Source of the DNA: Breznakia blatticola
GTDB lineage: Bacteria > Bacillota_I > Bacilli_A > Erysipelotrichales > Erysipelotrichaceae
Assembly: GCF_004365815.1 (NCBI RefSeq)
Contig: NZ_SODD01000022.1
Location: forward strand, 4,949 to 36,948
Direction of reading: 5' to 3'
Length of the DNA stretch: 32,000 nucleotides
The position numbers and the translations under genes are program-made. Shown here piece after piece: positions 19,203 to 28,194 of this stretch (position 1 is the first letter of the stretch; every line of letters begins with the position of its first letter). Under the pieces are notes generated by a model, which did no database searches, was not told the origin of the DNA, and was given only the letters and a program-made list of their open reading frames with translations.

Positions 19203-21422
19203 ATGATTGTAATCAATGAAAAGACAAAAGTGTTTCACCTACAAAATCATGAGATGAGTTACATTTTTGAAGTAATGAAAGATGGTTCATTAGGCAATTT
19301 ATACTTTGGAAAAAAAGTACATGTTAGAGATCATTATGACTATCTACATGAAAGCGAATATCGTCCAAATACAGCATATGTGTATAAAGGAGAAGTTGAC
19401 TTTTCTAGAGAGCATTTGCGGCAAGAGTTTCCTGTTTATGGATCTACTGATTTTCGACAACCAGCCATAACCGTTCAACAAGAAAATGGAAGTACGATTA
19501 GTGCATTTGTTTATGAAAGTCACAATGTGCTAAAAGGAAAACCAACATTAAAAGGGTTGCCTGCTACTTATGTTGAAAGCGATGATGAAGCAGAGACATT
19601 AGAAATCACACTGAAAGATCCAGTGACAAAATTACGTGTAGTATTGTCATATTCAATTTATGAAAATTTACCAATCATCACTCGTAGTGTTCGTGTTCAT
19701 AATGAGGGAACACAAAAACTTCATTTGCAACGATTGATGAGTATGTCATTAGACTTACCAGATATGAAATATGAAATGTTGCAGTTATCAGGGGCATGGT
19801 GTCGTGAGAGAGTACCACACTTTCGTCCGTTAACTAGTGGTATTCAAGCAATCGAAAGTAATCGAGGATCATCAAGTCACTATCAAAATCCATTTCTTGC
19901 ATTGAAACGAGAAAATGCTACAGAACATTATGGAGAAGTAATTGGATTTAGTTTTGTGTATTCTGGTAATTTTCTAGCACAAGTTGAAGTAGATACATAC
20001 GACGTTGCGCGTGTAAGTATGGGAATTAATCCGATGACCTTTGATTGGGTGCTAGAGCCTAATCAAAGTTTCCAAGCACCAGAGGTTGTCATTGCCTATA
20101 GTCAAAGTGGATTAAATGGCATGAGTCAGGCATTTCATACACTATATCGCACACGATTAGCTAGAGGTGTATGGAGAGATAAAGAACGTCCAGTCCTGAT
20201 CAATAATTGGGAAGCAACTGGAATGAACTTTACTGAAGACTTACTTGTTACCTTTGCCAAGCAAGCTTACGAAGATGGTGTAGAATTGTTTGTGCTTGAT
20301 GATGGTTGGTTTGGCGGCCGTCGTCATGAGCGTGCTGGTTTAGGTGACTGGGTAGCAAATAGTGATCTATTACCAAATGGAATACATGGATTAGCAAATC
20401 GTATTGAAGAGATAGGATTGAAATTTGGATTGTGGTTTGAACCAGAAATGGCAAATGAAGACAGTGATTTGTATCGCAAGCATCCGGATTGGATTATTCA
20501 AACGCCAGATCGTTCTTGTTCACATGGCCGCCATCAATATGTTTTAGATTATTCTCAAAAACAAGTAGTTGATGCTATATATGAAATGATGGCGAAAATT
20601 CTTCGTGAATCAAAAGTTTCTTACATTAAGTGGGATATGAATCGATGTATTACAGAACCATATACATCATCTTTACCACCAGAGCGACAAGGAGAAGTGT
20701 TCCATAGATATATACTAGGTGTCTATGATTTGTATGAACGACTTACAAGTGAATTTCCTGATATTTTATTTGAGTTTTGTGCATCAGGAGGTGGACGTTT
20801 TGATCCAGGAATGCTGTATTACTCGCCACAAGGTTGGGCAAGCGATGATTCGGACGCAATTGAGCGTTTAAAGATTCAATATGGTACTTCTATGGTATAT
20901 CCACTTAGTTCGATTGGTGCACATGTATCAGTGAGTCCAAATGAACAAGTATTTAGGGAAACACCAATTTCTACACGTGGAAATGTTGCCTACTTTGGTT
21001 CTTTTGGGTATGAATTAGATCCAACGAAATTATCGAAAGATGACCGCGAAATGGTAAGACAACAAATTTCATTTGTGAAGCAATATCGAAAAATTATACA
21101 CCAAGGTACCTTCTATCGACTGATGAGTCCATTTGAAGGAAATTACACTGCTTGGATGGTGGTTTCACAAGATCAGAAAACTGCAATCGTTGGATATTAT
21201 AAAGTATTAAATGAAGTAAATGGACCATTTTCACGTTTATACTTACAAGGGTTGAATGAACAATATATGTATGAAGAAATTTCAAGTAAACAAGTTTACT
21301 ATGGGGATGAACTACAAAATATTGGATTTGTAAGTAGTGATGCTTCTTGTGGGCAGGTGATTGATGGACGTCCAACATCACATGATTTTGATTCTAAGGT
21401 TTGGGTTTTCCAAGCAAAATAA
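19203..21422 (+). CDS. aga: Alpha-galactosidase, glycoside hydrolase family 36
   Basis: A 739-aa protein with 'LFVLDDGWFG', 'GLWFEPEM', 'YIKWDMNR' (nucleophile region) and 'FCASGGGRFD', all GH36 hallmarks. There is an AAGGAGG RBS. Confidence 0.93.
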   Translation: MIVINEKTKVFHLQNHEMSYIFEVMKDGSLGNLYFGKKVHVRDHYDYLHESEYRPNTAYVYKGEVDFSREHLRQEFPVYGSTDFRQPAITVQQENGSTISAFVYESHNVLKGKPTLKGLPATYVESDDEAETLEITLKDPVTKLRVVLSYSIYENLPIITRSVRVHNEGTQKLHLQRLMSMSLDLPDMKYEMLQLSGAWCRERVPHFRPLTSGIQAIESNRGSSSHYQNPFLALKRENATEHYGEVIGFSFVYSGNFLAQVEVDTYDVARVSMGINPMTFDWVLEPNQSFQAPEVVIAYSQSGLNGMSQAFHTLYRTRLARGVWRDKERPVLINNWEATGMNFTEDLLVTFAKQAYEDGVELFVLDDGWFGGRRHERAGLGDWVANSDLLPNGIHGLANRIEEIGLKFGLWFEPEMANEDSDLYRKHPDWIIQTPDRSCSHGRHQYVLDYSQKQVVDAIYEMMAKILRESKVSYIKWDMNRCITEPYTSSLPPERQGEVFHRYILGVYDLYERLTSEFPDILFEFCASGGGRFDPGMLYYSPQGWASDDSDAIERLKIQYGTSMVYPLSSIGAHVSVSPNEQVFRETPISTRGNVAYFGSFGYELDPTKLSKDDREMVRQQISFVKQYRKIIHQGTFYRLMSPFEGNYTAWMVVSQDQKTAIVGYYKVLNEVNGPFSRLYLQGLNEQYMYEEISSKQVYYGDELQNIGFVSSDASCGQVIDGRPTSHDFDSKVWVFQAK

Positions 21423-21424
21423 AG

Positions 21425-21464
21425 AAATGACAACAGTCTAAGTTGATGGCTGTTGTCATTTTTT
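21425..21464. terminator. Bidirectional rho-independent terminator between aga and the AraC gene
   Basis: AAATGACAACAG, a 13-nt loop, then CTGTTGTCATTT, a perfect 12-bp stem. It is T-rich on both sides and abuts the AraC stop codon at 21465-21467. Confidence 0.7.
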
Positions 21465-22358
21465 CTATTTCATGATTTTTGCGTCTTCATTGAGCATTAA
21501 GGATTCACCAGTTCTAGCAAACTCCTGTTGCTTTTCATACTCTTGTTTTCGATATGTACTTGGTGTAACGCCTGTTTTTCTTTTGAAGGCTTTGGAAAAG
21601 ACTAAAGGATCAAGATATCCACTATTTTCAGCAATTTCTTCAATCGTGAAATTACTTAAACCAAGTAGTTCCTTTGCTCGAGTCAAACGATAGTCGGTTA
21701 TATACTGTTGAAGTGTCACATTCATTTCTTTTTTAAATAATGAAGAAAGATAACTTCTATTTAAGGATAAACTGTTTGCAAGTTCACTAATAGAAATCTT
21801 TGTTGCATAGTTTTCCTTTATGTAGTTAATAGTATCTTGGATGTAAGGATTGGCACTTTGATCTTTTGCGATAGTTGTGTGATCATCACTCAATTTAATA
21901 ATTGAAAGCAAATGATATAAATGTGATGTTAACATGAGCTCATCTTGAATGAGAATTTGATCTATGCATAATATCTCTTCAATAATTGATTGAATACTTT
22001 CTATTTGGTCTACATGAAAGACAGGATGATACATATCATATCCCAACGCTTTCATGTATGCACTCGCATGTGTTCCAGAAAAAGCAATCCAGTAATACTC
22101 CCAAGGGTCGTCTTTATCAGCTTGATAAAAGGTTTGTATTTCTGGGGGAATAAGAAATCCCATGCCGCTTTCTAATTCAAAACGTTGATTTTCTAAATAG
22201 TAGACACCTTTTCCTTTTGTGATGACATGAAAAATGTAGTTTGGTCGAACTGCAGGACCATAACTATGGAGTGGACTACATTCTGCTTTACCTGCAAACA
22301 AAAGATTCAAATCACGGTGTTCATCAAAACCAAAAGTCTTTACATAACTTCTTTCCAT
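21465..22358 (-). CDS. AraC-family transcriptional regulator (MsmR/RafR-like, cupin sensor plus HTH)
   Basis: The C-terminus has the dual helix-turn-helix of AraC/XylS ('ISELANSLSLNRSYLSSLFKK...', 'IEEIAENSGYLDPLVFSKAFKRKTGVTPSTYR'). The N-terminus is an AraC-type sugar-binding beta-barrel. The gene is divergent from a GPH sugar symporter. Confidence 0.9.
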   Translation of the reverse strand: MERSYVKTFGFDEHRDLNLLFAGKAECSPLHSYGPAVRPNYIFHVITKGKGVYYLENQRFELESGMGFLIPPEIQTFYQADKDDPWEYYWIAFSGTHASAYMKALGYDMYHPVFHVDQIESIQSIIEEILCIDQILIQDELMLTSHLYHLLSIIKLSDDHTTIAKDQSANPYIQDTINYIKENYATKISISELANSLSLNRSYLSSLFKKEMNVTLQQYITDYRLTRAKELLGLSNFTIEEIAENSGYLDPLVFSKAFKRKTGVTPSTYRKQEYEKQQEFARTGESLMLNEDAKIMK

Positions 22359-22383
22359 ACACGTATCCCTCTAACACAAAATA

Positions 22384-22400
22384 TAACATTTTGACTGTTT
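22384..22400 (+). promoter_or_regulatory. Shared 17-nt promoter/operator motif, copy 2 (upstream of the GPH symporter)
   Basis: TAACATTTTGACTGTTT is identical to 19110-19126. It lies in the divergent AraC/symporter intergenic region. Confidence 0.45.
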
Positions 22401-22420
22401 ATGAAAACATTATACTCTAC

Positions 22421-22434
22421 TGTAATCGCTTTCA
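22421..22434 (+). promoter_or_regulatory. cre (catabolite responsive element, CcpA site)
   Basis: TGTAATCGCTTTCA matches TGWAANCGNTNWCA at all constrained positions. It lies 57 nt upstream of the symporter ATG. Confidence 0.55.
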
Positions 22435-22490
22435 CAATACTATACTTTAGTTAAGGATAAGCGCGCACCTTGATTAGGAGGAAATGTATT

Positions 22491-23918
22491 ATGAAAGTAC
22501 CTTTTAGACAAAAATATTCCTTTGGGCTAGGAGCCTTAGGGAAAGATGCAGTTATATGTTTTGTGGGAACCTTTTTATCGTATTACTTAACAGATGTATT
22601 ATATTTAGCACCAGCATTTGTTGGATCACTATTCTTTGGTGCTCGTATTTGGGATGCCATTAATGATCCGATTATGGGGATGTTTATTGACAACACACGT
22701 ACTCGATTTGGAAAGTTTCGAATTTGGTTAACGATTGGAACATTATTAAATGCGGTGGCATTTATCTTATTGTTTACTAACTTTGGATTAACTGGAACCA
22801 ACTTGTATATCTATATTGCAGTTGCATATGTTGTGTTTGGAATGACATACACGATTATGGATGTTCCATATTGGTCATGGTTACCTAACTTAACAAATGA
22901 TCCTGAAGAACGAGAAAAAGTATCCGTAATTCCTAGAATCTTTGCAAGTTTGGCAGGGTTATTAGTTGGAACATTTGGATTACAAGCAGTTCAAAGTCTA
23001 GGAAATGGAAATGAGCAAACAGGATTCTTTATCATTTCAATTCTTATTAGTATCTTCTTTATTATCACAATTGGAATTACAGTAACCAATGTTCCAGAAA
23101 AATCTACACTTAACCAAGAAAAGGGAGCAAAGATTACATTAAAGAAGATGATTCAAGTTATCACGAAAAATGATCAATTATTGGCTTTTATTGGCTTGTT
23201 GTTAACATTTAACTTAGCAATTCAAATATTGAATGGATTTATGATTTACTACTTTAAATATGTAGTAGGAAATGAAACATTCTTCTCACTATTCTTCTTT
23301 ACGATTTTCGCAGAAATGTTAGGTTTAATGTTATTTCCAAAAGTTAGTCAATTATTATCAAGAGAAAAAACCTATGTTGTAGCATGTGGAATGCCAATTA
23401 TTGGAATGTTATTGTTATTTATCTCTGGAATGTATGCACCAAATAATGTAGTACTTGTCATGGGGTCAGGTCTTATTTTGAAATTTGGTTCAGGTCTATC
23501 TTTAGGGGTTACAACAGTTGCAATTGCCGATTGTATTGATTATGGGGAATTAAAATTTGGAACAAGAAATGAAAGTATTATCTGTTCAGCACAAACATTC
23601 TTAATGAAACTTGCACAAGCAGTTTCTGGATTATTAACAGGAGTTGGATTGTCGTTGGTTGGTTATGTACCAAATGTACAACAATCAGCATCTGCAATTA
23701 CTGGAATTCGTGTGTTAACATGTATTGTCCCAATAATCTTTGTTATTTTGAGTTTAGCAATCTACCGTAAGTTCTATAAATTAAAAGGAGCACGTCTACA
23801 ACAGTTATCTTTAGATGTTCAAGAATTACACGAAAAAGAACAGACTAAAACTGAAAATGTAGAAATGCCAAGTGAAGCAAACGTTGAATCAGGAACACTT
23901 GCAAGTGAATCTCAGTAA
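22491..23918 (+). CDS. Glycoside-pentoside-hexuronide (GPH) family sugar:cation symporter (melibiose/raffinose-type)
   Basis: It has 12 TM-like segments. 'GARIWDAINDPIMGMFIDNTRTRFGKFR' is the classic GPH/MelB N-terminal loop motif. The start is moved to ATG 22491, 7 nt after AGGAGG, rather than TTG 22470. Confidence 0.9.
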   Translation: MKVPFRQKYSFGLGALGKDAVICFVGTFLSYYLTDVLYLAPAFVGSLFFGARIWDAINDPIMGMFIDNTRTRFGKFRIWLTIGTLLNAVAFILLFTNFGLTGTNLYIYIAVAYVVFGMTYTIMDVPYWSWLPNLTNDPEEREKVSVIPRIFASLAGLLVGTFGLQAVQSLGNGNEQTGFFIISILISIFFIITIGITVTNVPEKSTLNQEKGAKITLKKMIQVITKNDQLLAFIGLLLTFNLAIQILNGFMIYYFKYVVGNETFFSLFFFTIFAEMLGLMLFPKVSQLLSREKTYVVACGMPIIGMLLLFISGMYAPNNVVLVMGSGLILKFGSGLSLGVTTVAIADCIDYGELKFGTRNESIICSAQTFLMKLAQAVSGLLTGVGLSLVGYVPNVQQSASAITGIRVLTCIVPIIFVILSLAIYRKFYKLKGARLQQLSLDVQELHEKEQTKTENVEMPSEANVESGTLASESQ

Positions 23919-24537
23919 TAAGATTTTACAAGTACGACTTGTCATTAGCGGTGTAATTATACTAAGTTTAGGAATTGCTTGTATGCGTTATAGTATGCAA
24001 GGAACTGATCCATTTGTGACGATGAATATAGGAATTGCACAATCACTTCAAGTTAACTTTGGTACAGTTCAAATGATTGCAAATGTTATCTTACTTTTAG
24101 TGATGATTCGATATGCACGTTCCATGATTCATCTGGGAACATTTCTAGGAGTATTTACTGTTGGATATTTAGCGGATTTCATGTTTAGCTACATTCAACA
24201 AATTCCATATTCCACAGTAACAATAATTTGTTTTTGCGCATTTGGTTTACTTGCATGTTGCTTTGGTGCAGCATTATATATGTCGGGGGACTTAGGGATA
24301 GCACCATATGATGCATTTGGACTTATTATTGAAACAAAACTTCATGTAAAAATCCCATTTCGATGGATTCGAATCATTAGTGACTGCATTTGTGTGATTA
24401 TTGGTTTTGTTTTAGGTGCTCCAATCGGAGTAGGAACACTTATTACAGCATTCTGTACAGGTCCTCTTATTACGTACTTTCGAACACTTATTAATCAACG
24501 AATAAAAGAGAGAACAAAATGTACAGTAGTCGTATAA
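23872..24537 (+). CDS. YczE/YitT-like polytopic membrane protein
   Basis: About 210 aa with five or six hydrophobic helices. 'LVISGVIILSLGIACMRYSMQGTDPF' and 'GDLGIAPYDAF' resemble the duplicated motif of YczE-type proteins. The start is uncertain: ATG 23872 overlaps the symporter by 47 nt, and GTG 23905 (AGGAA 9 nt upstream) is an alternative. Confidence 0.5.
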   Translation: MKQTLNQEHLQVNLSNKILQVRLVISGVIILSLGIACMRYSMQGTDPFVTMNIGIAQSLQVNFGTVQMIANVILLLVMIRYARSMIHLGTFLGVFTVGYLADFMFSYIQQIPYSTVTIICFCAFGLLACCFGAALYMSGDLGIAPYDAFGLIIETKLHVKIPFRWIRIISDCICVIIGFVLGAPIGVGTLITAFCTGPLITYFRTLINQRIKERTKCTVVV

Positions 24538-24592
24538 ATAATTATAGTAAGCAAAAAAGCACTATAGTGTGGGTTGCTTGAATATTAAAGAA

Positions 24593-24626
24593 AGGGCACT
24601 TGACAGAAACGTCGAGTGTCCTTTTA
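24593..24626 (+). terminator. Candidate rho-independent terminator
   Basis: AGGGCACT, a 14-nt loop, then AGTGTCCT (one G-U pair), followed by TTTT. Confidence 0.45.
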
Positions 24627-24775
24627 GAAATATTTATAATGCATGTTTACAGCAATCATCTATTGCATTAACTTTGACATCTAACAAGACGATTTTTCAC
24701 AAGCACTTTAGATGCAACAAAAGATATATAATGCTATCCTTTATATATAGATAAAGAAATATATAGGAGGAAGAT

Positions 24776-25141
24776 ATGCAATTTGTTAAATGTGAAGGTT
24801 GCGATTCAATCGTAGCTGTGTTATCAGAAGGAAATGTTTGTGCAGGTAAGGAGAATGAAGTATTAGTACCTAATACATCAGATGGGGCTGGTGAAAAACA
24901 CGTTCCATATATTGTTTCAAATGATGGAGACGTCTTAAAAGTACAAATCGGTGAAGTTGAACACCCAATGGTTGATGTTCACTGGATCGAAATGATCGTT
25001 GTAGAAACAAAGGATGGAATGATGATGAAACGTTTACACCCAGGTGATAAACCATATGTAGAATTCAACATCAAAGGTGAAGAAGTTGTTGCTGTATATG
25101 AATACTGTAACATCCACGGACTTTGGAAATTAGAAATGTAA
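24776..25141 (+). CDS. Superoxide reductase, desulfoferrodoxin-like (2Fe-SOR architecture with a degenerate N-terminal site)
   Basis: The centre II ligand motifs are all present: 'GEKHVP', 'VEHPM', 'DVHWIE' and 'YCNIHGLW'. The N-terminal desulforedoxin-like segment 'KCEGCDSIVAVLSEGNVCAG' has only 3 Cys. There is an AGGAGG RBS. Confidence 0.85.
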   Translation: MQFVKCEGCDSIVAVLSEGNVCAGKENEVLVPNTSDGAGEKHVPYIVSNDGDVLKVQIGEVEHPMVDVHWIEMIVVETKDGMMMKRLHPGDKPYVEFNIKGEEVVAVYEYCNIHGLWKLEM

Positions 25142-25147
25142 TATAAA

Positions 25148-25170
25148 AGAGGCGGTTTCACACTGCCTCT
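25148..25170. terminator. Hairpin terminator between convergent genes
   Basis: AGAGGC, an 11-nt loop, then GCCTCT, followed by TTTGT. It sits between the stop codons at 25141 (+) and 25179 (-). Confidence 0.5.
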
Positions 25171-25178
25171 TTGTCTAT

Positions 25179-26012
25179 CTATTGGTTAATTTTACTGATT
25201 TCTACATCAAGAACTTCCACTTGGAAGTTTGAATATAAATCATCGTAGTATTCCACATGTTTTAGTTGATCATGGTGATCCACAATGAATACTGCTTTGA
25301 CAAGGTTTTCAATCTCGTAAATATACGTACCTGTATATCTTGCAAAATTACGTAATTTAAAGTCTGATAGCAACTCGAAACCTTTGAGTTGTTTTTCTTT
25401 AGCAAGACGTAATTGTGTATACACGGGTTCATTTGTGATGAGATAAAACTTCACATCTGGATATTTTTCGAGTAGAACTTCTAAGCGTTTGGCATCTTTG
25501 ATCATTGCATTATCTTCAAGTGAAGGTAGTGTAATGTATACTTTTGGTTCGCGAATGTCATGTAAATCAAGCACTTCTTCCAGCGGATTCATAATTTCAA
25601 TACTTGGAAATACAAAACCTGTTTCTAAAGGTTCAAGATTTCGAGTGTAAAATACCTCAGTTGTTTTTAGCGTCACATCTTTATGCTGACGTTGTTTGCT
25701 TTCCTTTGGCTTTTGCACAGGTGCTTGTTTTTGTGGTTGTGGTTTACGATTTTGTTTCTGCTGTGGCTTTTGATTTGGATGATTGGATCTACGTTGCTGT
25801 GGATTGACATTTGATTTGCTTAATTTCGTTCCATTGCTACGACTATGTTTTGGTTTAGTCTTTACTGGTTGTTCCTGTTTTGTAGGCTGTTGTACCTTTT
25901 TTTCAGGTTTAGCAGTACTTGTTTGTTTCTTTTTATCTGTATGATATTTCTTATTTTTATTATAAGATTTTTGATTCTTGTTTGACTTTTGTGTAGTCTC
26001 TTTCTTTTCCAT
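25179..26012 (-). CDS. Cysteine-free thiol-peroxidase (Tpx)-like thioredoxin-fold protein with a ~110-aa basic K/Q/P-rich N-terminal extension
   Basis: By eye, the C-terminal ~165 aa aligns with Tpx. 'KVYITLPSLEDNAM' corresponds to Tpx 'KVLNIFPSIDTGVC', 'ELLSDFKLRNFARYTG' to 'ITLSTFRNAEFLQAYG', and 'AVFIVDHHDQLKHVEY' to 'AVVVIDENDNVIFSQL'. The whole protein contains no Cys. The N-terminus is low complexity. Confidence 0.5.
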   Translation of the reverse strand: MEKKETTQKSNKNQKSYNKNKKYHTDKKKQTSTAKPEKKVQQPTKQEQPVKTKPKHSRSNGTKLSKSNVNPQQRRSNHPNQKPQQKQNRKPQPQKQAPVQKPKESKQRQHKDVTLKTTEVFYTRNLEPLETGFVFPSIEIMNPLEEVLDLHDIREPKVYITLPSLEDNAMIKDAKRLEVLLEKYPDVKFYLITNEPVYTQLRLAKEKQLKGFELLSDFKLRNFARYTGTYIYEIENLVKAVFIVDHHDQLKHVEYYDDLYSNFQVEVLDVEISKINQ

Positions 26013-26108
26013 GAATACGTCTCCTGTTAATGTTATTATTATACACTAAAATAGGCGATGTTTGAAATGTGAATAAATTCGCAAAGCACTTTAATTACAA
26101 AAAACAAA

Positions 26109-26117
26109 GTGATATAA
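26109..26117 (+). promoter_or_regulatory. Candidate extended -10 promoter element for pgk-tpiA
   Basis: TGaTATAAT at 26109-26117, 29 nt upstream of the pgk ATG. The -35 is weak. Confidence 0.4.
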
Positions 26118-26145
26118 TAAACACGTTACGAAATAGGAGGCTATT

Positions 26146-27324
26146 ATGGCAAAAAGAACTGTTAAAGATTTAGATGTAGCTGGAAAGCGCGTCATTTGTC
26201 GTTGTGATTTCAACGTTCCTAGAAAAGATGGAGTAATCACTGATGACAACCGAATTGTACAAGCATTACCTACAATTCAATACCTAATTGATAATAAAGC
26301 GAAAGTTATCTTAATGTCTCACTTAGGAAAAATTAAAACTGAAGAAGACAAAGCAAAAAACTCATTAGAAGTTGTTGCTGCTGACTTAGCAAAAAAATTG
26401 CCTGGAGTTAATGTTACATTCTGTCCAGTAACTCGTGGTGCAGAATTAGAAGATATGGTTGCCAACTTAAAAGATGGTGACGTATTACTTATGCAAAACA
26501 CTCGTTACGAAGCAGGAGAAACAAAAAATGATCCTGAATTATCTAAATACTGGGCAAGCTTAGGAGACTTATTTGTTGAAAACGCATTTGGTTCTGTTCA
26601 CCGTGCTCACGCTTCAACAGTAGGAATCCCTTCAATTTTACCAAATGCATTAGGATTCTTAGTAGAAAAAGAAGTAGATATGCTTGGTAAAGCAGTAGAT
26701 AACCCAGTTCACCCATTTGTTGCTATCATTGGGGGAGCAAAAGTATCTGATAAAATCATGGTAGTTGAAAACTTACTTAAAAAAGCTGACAAAGTTATTG
26801 TTGGTGGAGGTATGGCTTACACATTCCTTAAAGCACAAGGAATTGAAGTTGGTAACTCATTAGTAGAAGAAGATAAAATTGAATTAGCTAAAGAATACTT
26901 AGCAAAAGCTGGAGACAAACTTGTATTACCTGTTGACAGTGTATGTGCTGACAAATTTGCTGCTGATGCAAACACACAAGTAATCGAAGGAAACATTCCT
27001 GAAGGATGGATGGGACTAGATATTGGACCTAAATCAATCGCATTATTTGAAGAAACACTTAAAGGTGCAAAAACAGTTGTTTGGAATGGACCTATGGGTG
27101 TATTCGAAATGGAACCATTTGCTAAAGGAACTTTAGCAGTATGTACAGCAATCTCTGAACTTCCAGGGGCTACTACTGTTATCGGTGGTGGTGATAGTGC
27201 TGCTGCTGCAATCCAATTAGGATTTGCTGACAAATTCTCTCACATCTCAACAGGTGGAGGGGCATCATTAGAATACATGGAAGGAAAAGAATTACCTGGT
27301 ATTGCGGTAATTTCTGATAAATAA
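26146..27324 (+). CDS. pgk: Phosphoglycerate kinase
   Basis: '[10 protein letters not shown]', 'LMSHLGK', 'GGAKVSDKI', '[10 protein letters not shown]' and 'GGGDSAAA' are canonical PGK motifs. There is an AGGAGG RBS. Confidence 0.97.
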   Translation: MAKRTVKDLDVAGKRVICRCDFNVPRKDGVITDDNRIVQALPTIQYLIDNKAKVILMSHLGKIKTEEDKAKNSLEVVAADLAKKLPGVNVTFCPVTRGAELEDMVANLKDGDVLLMQNTRYEAGETKNDPELSKYWASLGDLFVENAFGSVHRAHASTVGIPSILPNALGFLVEKEVDMLGKAVDNPVHPFVAIIGGAKVSDKIMVVENLLKKADKVIVGGGMAYTFLKAQGIEVGNSLVEEDKIELAKEYLAKAGDKLVLPVDSVCADKFAADANTQVIEGNIPEGWMGLDIGPKSIALFEETLKGAKTVVWNGPMGVFEMEPFAKGTLAVCTAISELPGATTVIGGGDSAAAAIQLGFADKFSHISTGGGASLEYMEGKELPGIAVISDK

Positions 27325-27333
27325 GGAGATATC

Positions 27334-28080
27334 ATGGCTAGAAAACCTATTATTGTTGGAAACTGGAAAATGAACAAAACAATCGCGGAAGCAACTGCTT
27401 TTATTCAAGCATGTGATGCTAATGCACACGATGGAGCTGACTTTGGAGTTGCTACATCATACTTAGCTTTAAATGAAGCTAACAAACTTGCAAAAAACTT
27501 AATTGTTGCTGCAGAAAACTGTCACTTTGAAGAAAGTGGTGCATTCACTGGAGAAGTAAGTGTTCCAATGTTAAAAGAAATCGGTATTACACACTGTATC
27601 ATCGGACACTCTGAAAGAAGAGAAATGTTCGGAGATACTGATGAAACAGTAAACAAAAAAGCGAAAAAATTAATCGATAACGATATGACACCAATCTTAT
27701 GTATCGGTGAAACTGAAGCACAATATGATGCTGGAGAAACAGAAAAAGTGATCCGTGAACAATTAACTGGATCATTAGCAAACCTTTGCGCAAACTGTGT
27801 ATCTAACATGGTTATCGCTTACGAACCAATCTGGGCAATCGGAACTGGTAAATCAGCAACTAAAGAAGATGCACAAAACTGTTGTGCAATCGTACGTGAC
27901 CAAGTTAAAGTTATGTACGGAGATGAAGCAGCTGAAAAAGTACGTATTCAATACGGTGGATCTGTAAAACCAGAAAACATTGTTGAATACATGGCTTGTC
28001 CTGATATTGATGGGGCATTAATTGGTGGAGCTTCTTTAAAAGAAGATTCATTCAATGACATCATGTCAAAAGTAAAATAG
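27334..28080 (+). CDS. tpiA: Triosephosphate isomerase
   Basis: 'IIVGNWKMN', 'IIGHSERR', 'IAYEPIWAIGTGK' and 'YGGSVKPEN' are canonical TIM motifs. Confidence 0.97.
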   Translation: MARKPIIVGNWKMNKTIAEATAFIQACDANAHDGADFGVATSYLALNEANKLAKNLIVAAENCHFEESGAFTGEVSVPMLKEIGITHCIIGHSERREMFGDTDETVNKKAKKLIDNDMTPILCIGETEAQYDAGETEKVIREQLTGSLANLCANCVSNMVIAYEPIWAIGTGKSATKEDAQNCCAIVRDQVKVMYGDEAAEKVRIQYGGSVKPENIVEYMACPDIDGALIGGASLKEDSFNDIMSKVK

Positions 28081-28092
28081 TATATTACTTAG

Positions 28093-28124
28093 AAACGTCT
28101 GGGGTTATCCTGGACGTTTTTTTT
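28093..28124 (+). terminator. Rho-independent terminator after tpiA
   Basis: ACGTCTGGG, a 5-nt loop, then CCTGGACGT (two G-U pairs), followed by T8. Confidence 0.75.
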
Positions 28125-28194
28125 GCGTGTCATTATTTTTTTGTGTATGATTATAGATAAGTAAGTGTGTCAATTTCGAAAAGAGGAAGAATGT

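Noticed and set aside
24569-24754. A 61-aa plus-strand ORF in the gap between the YczE-like gene and the SOR gene.
   Set aside because: It starts at a GTG with no RBS and reads straight through the terminator hairpin at 24593-24626. The composition looks non-coding. The region more likely holds the terminator and the SOR promoter.
25620-25990. Apparent DNA-level repetitiveness (TTGTGG / TTTTGT-rich) on the plus strand.
   Set aside because: No exact tandem unit could be traced. It is the antisense of K/Q/P-rich low-complexity coding sequence in the 25179-26012 gene, not a discrete repeat element.
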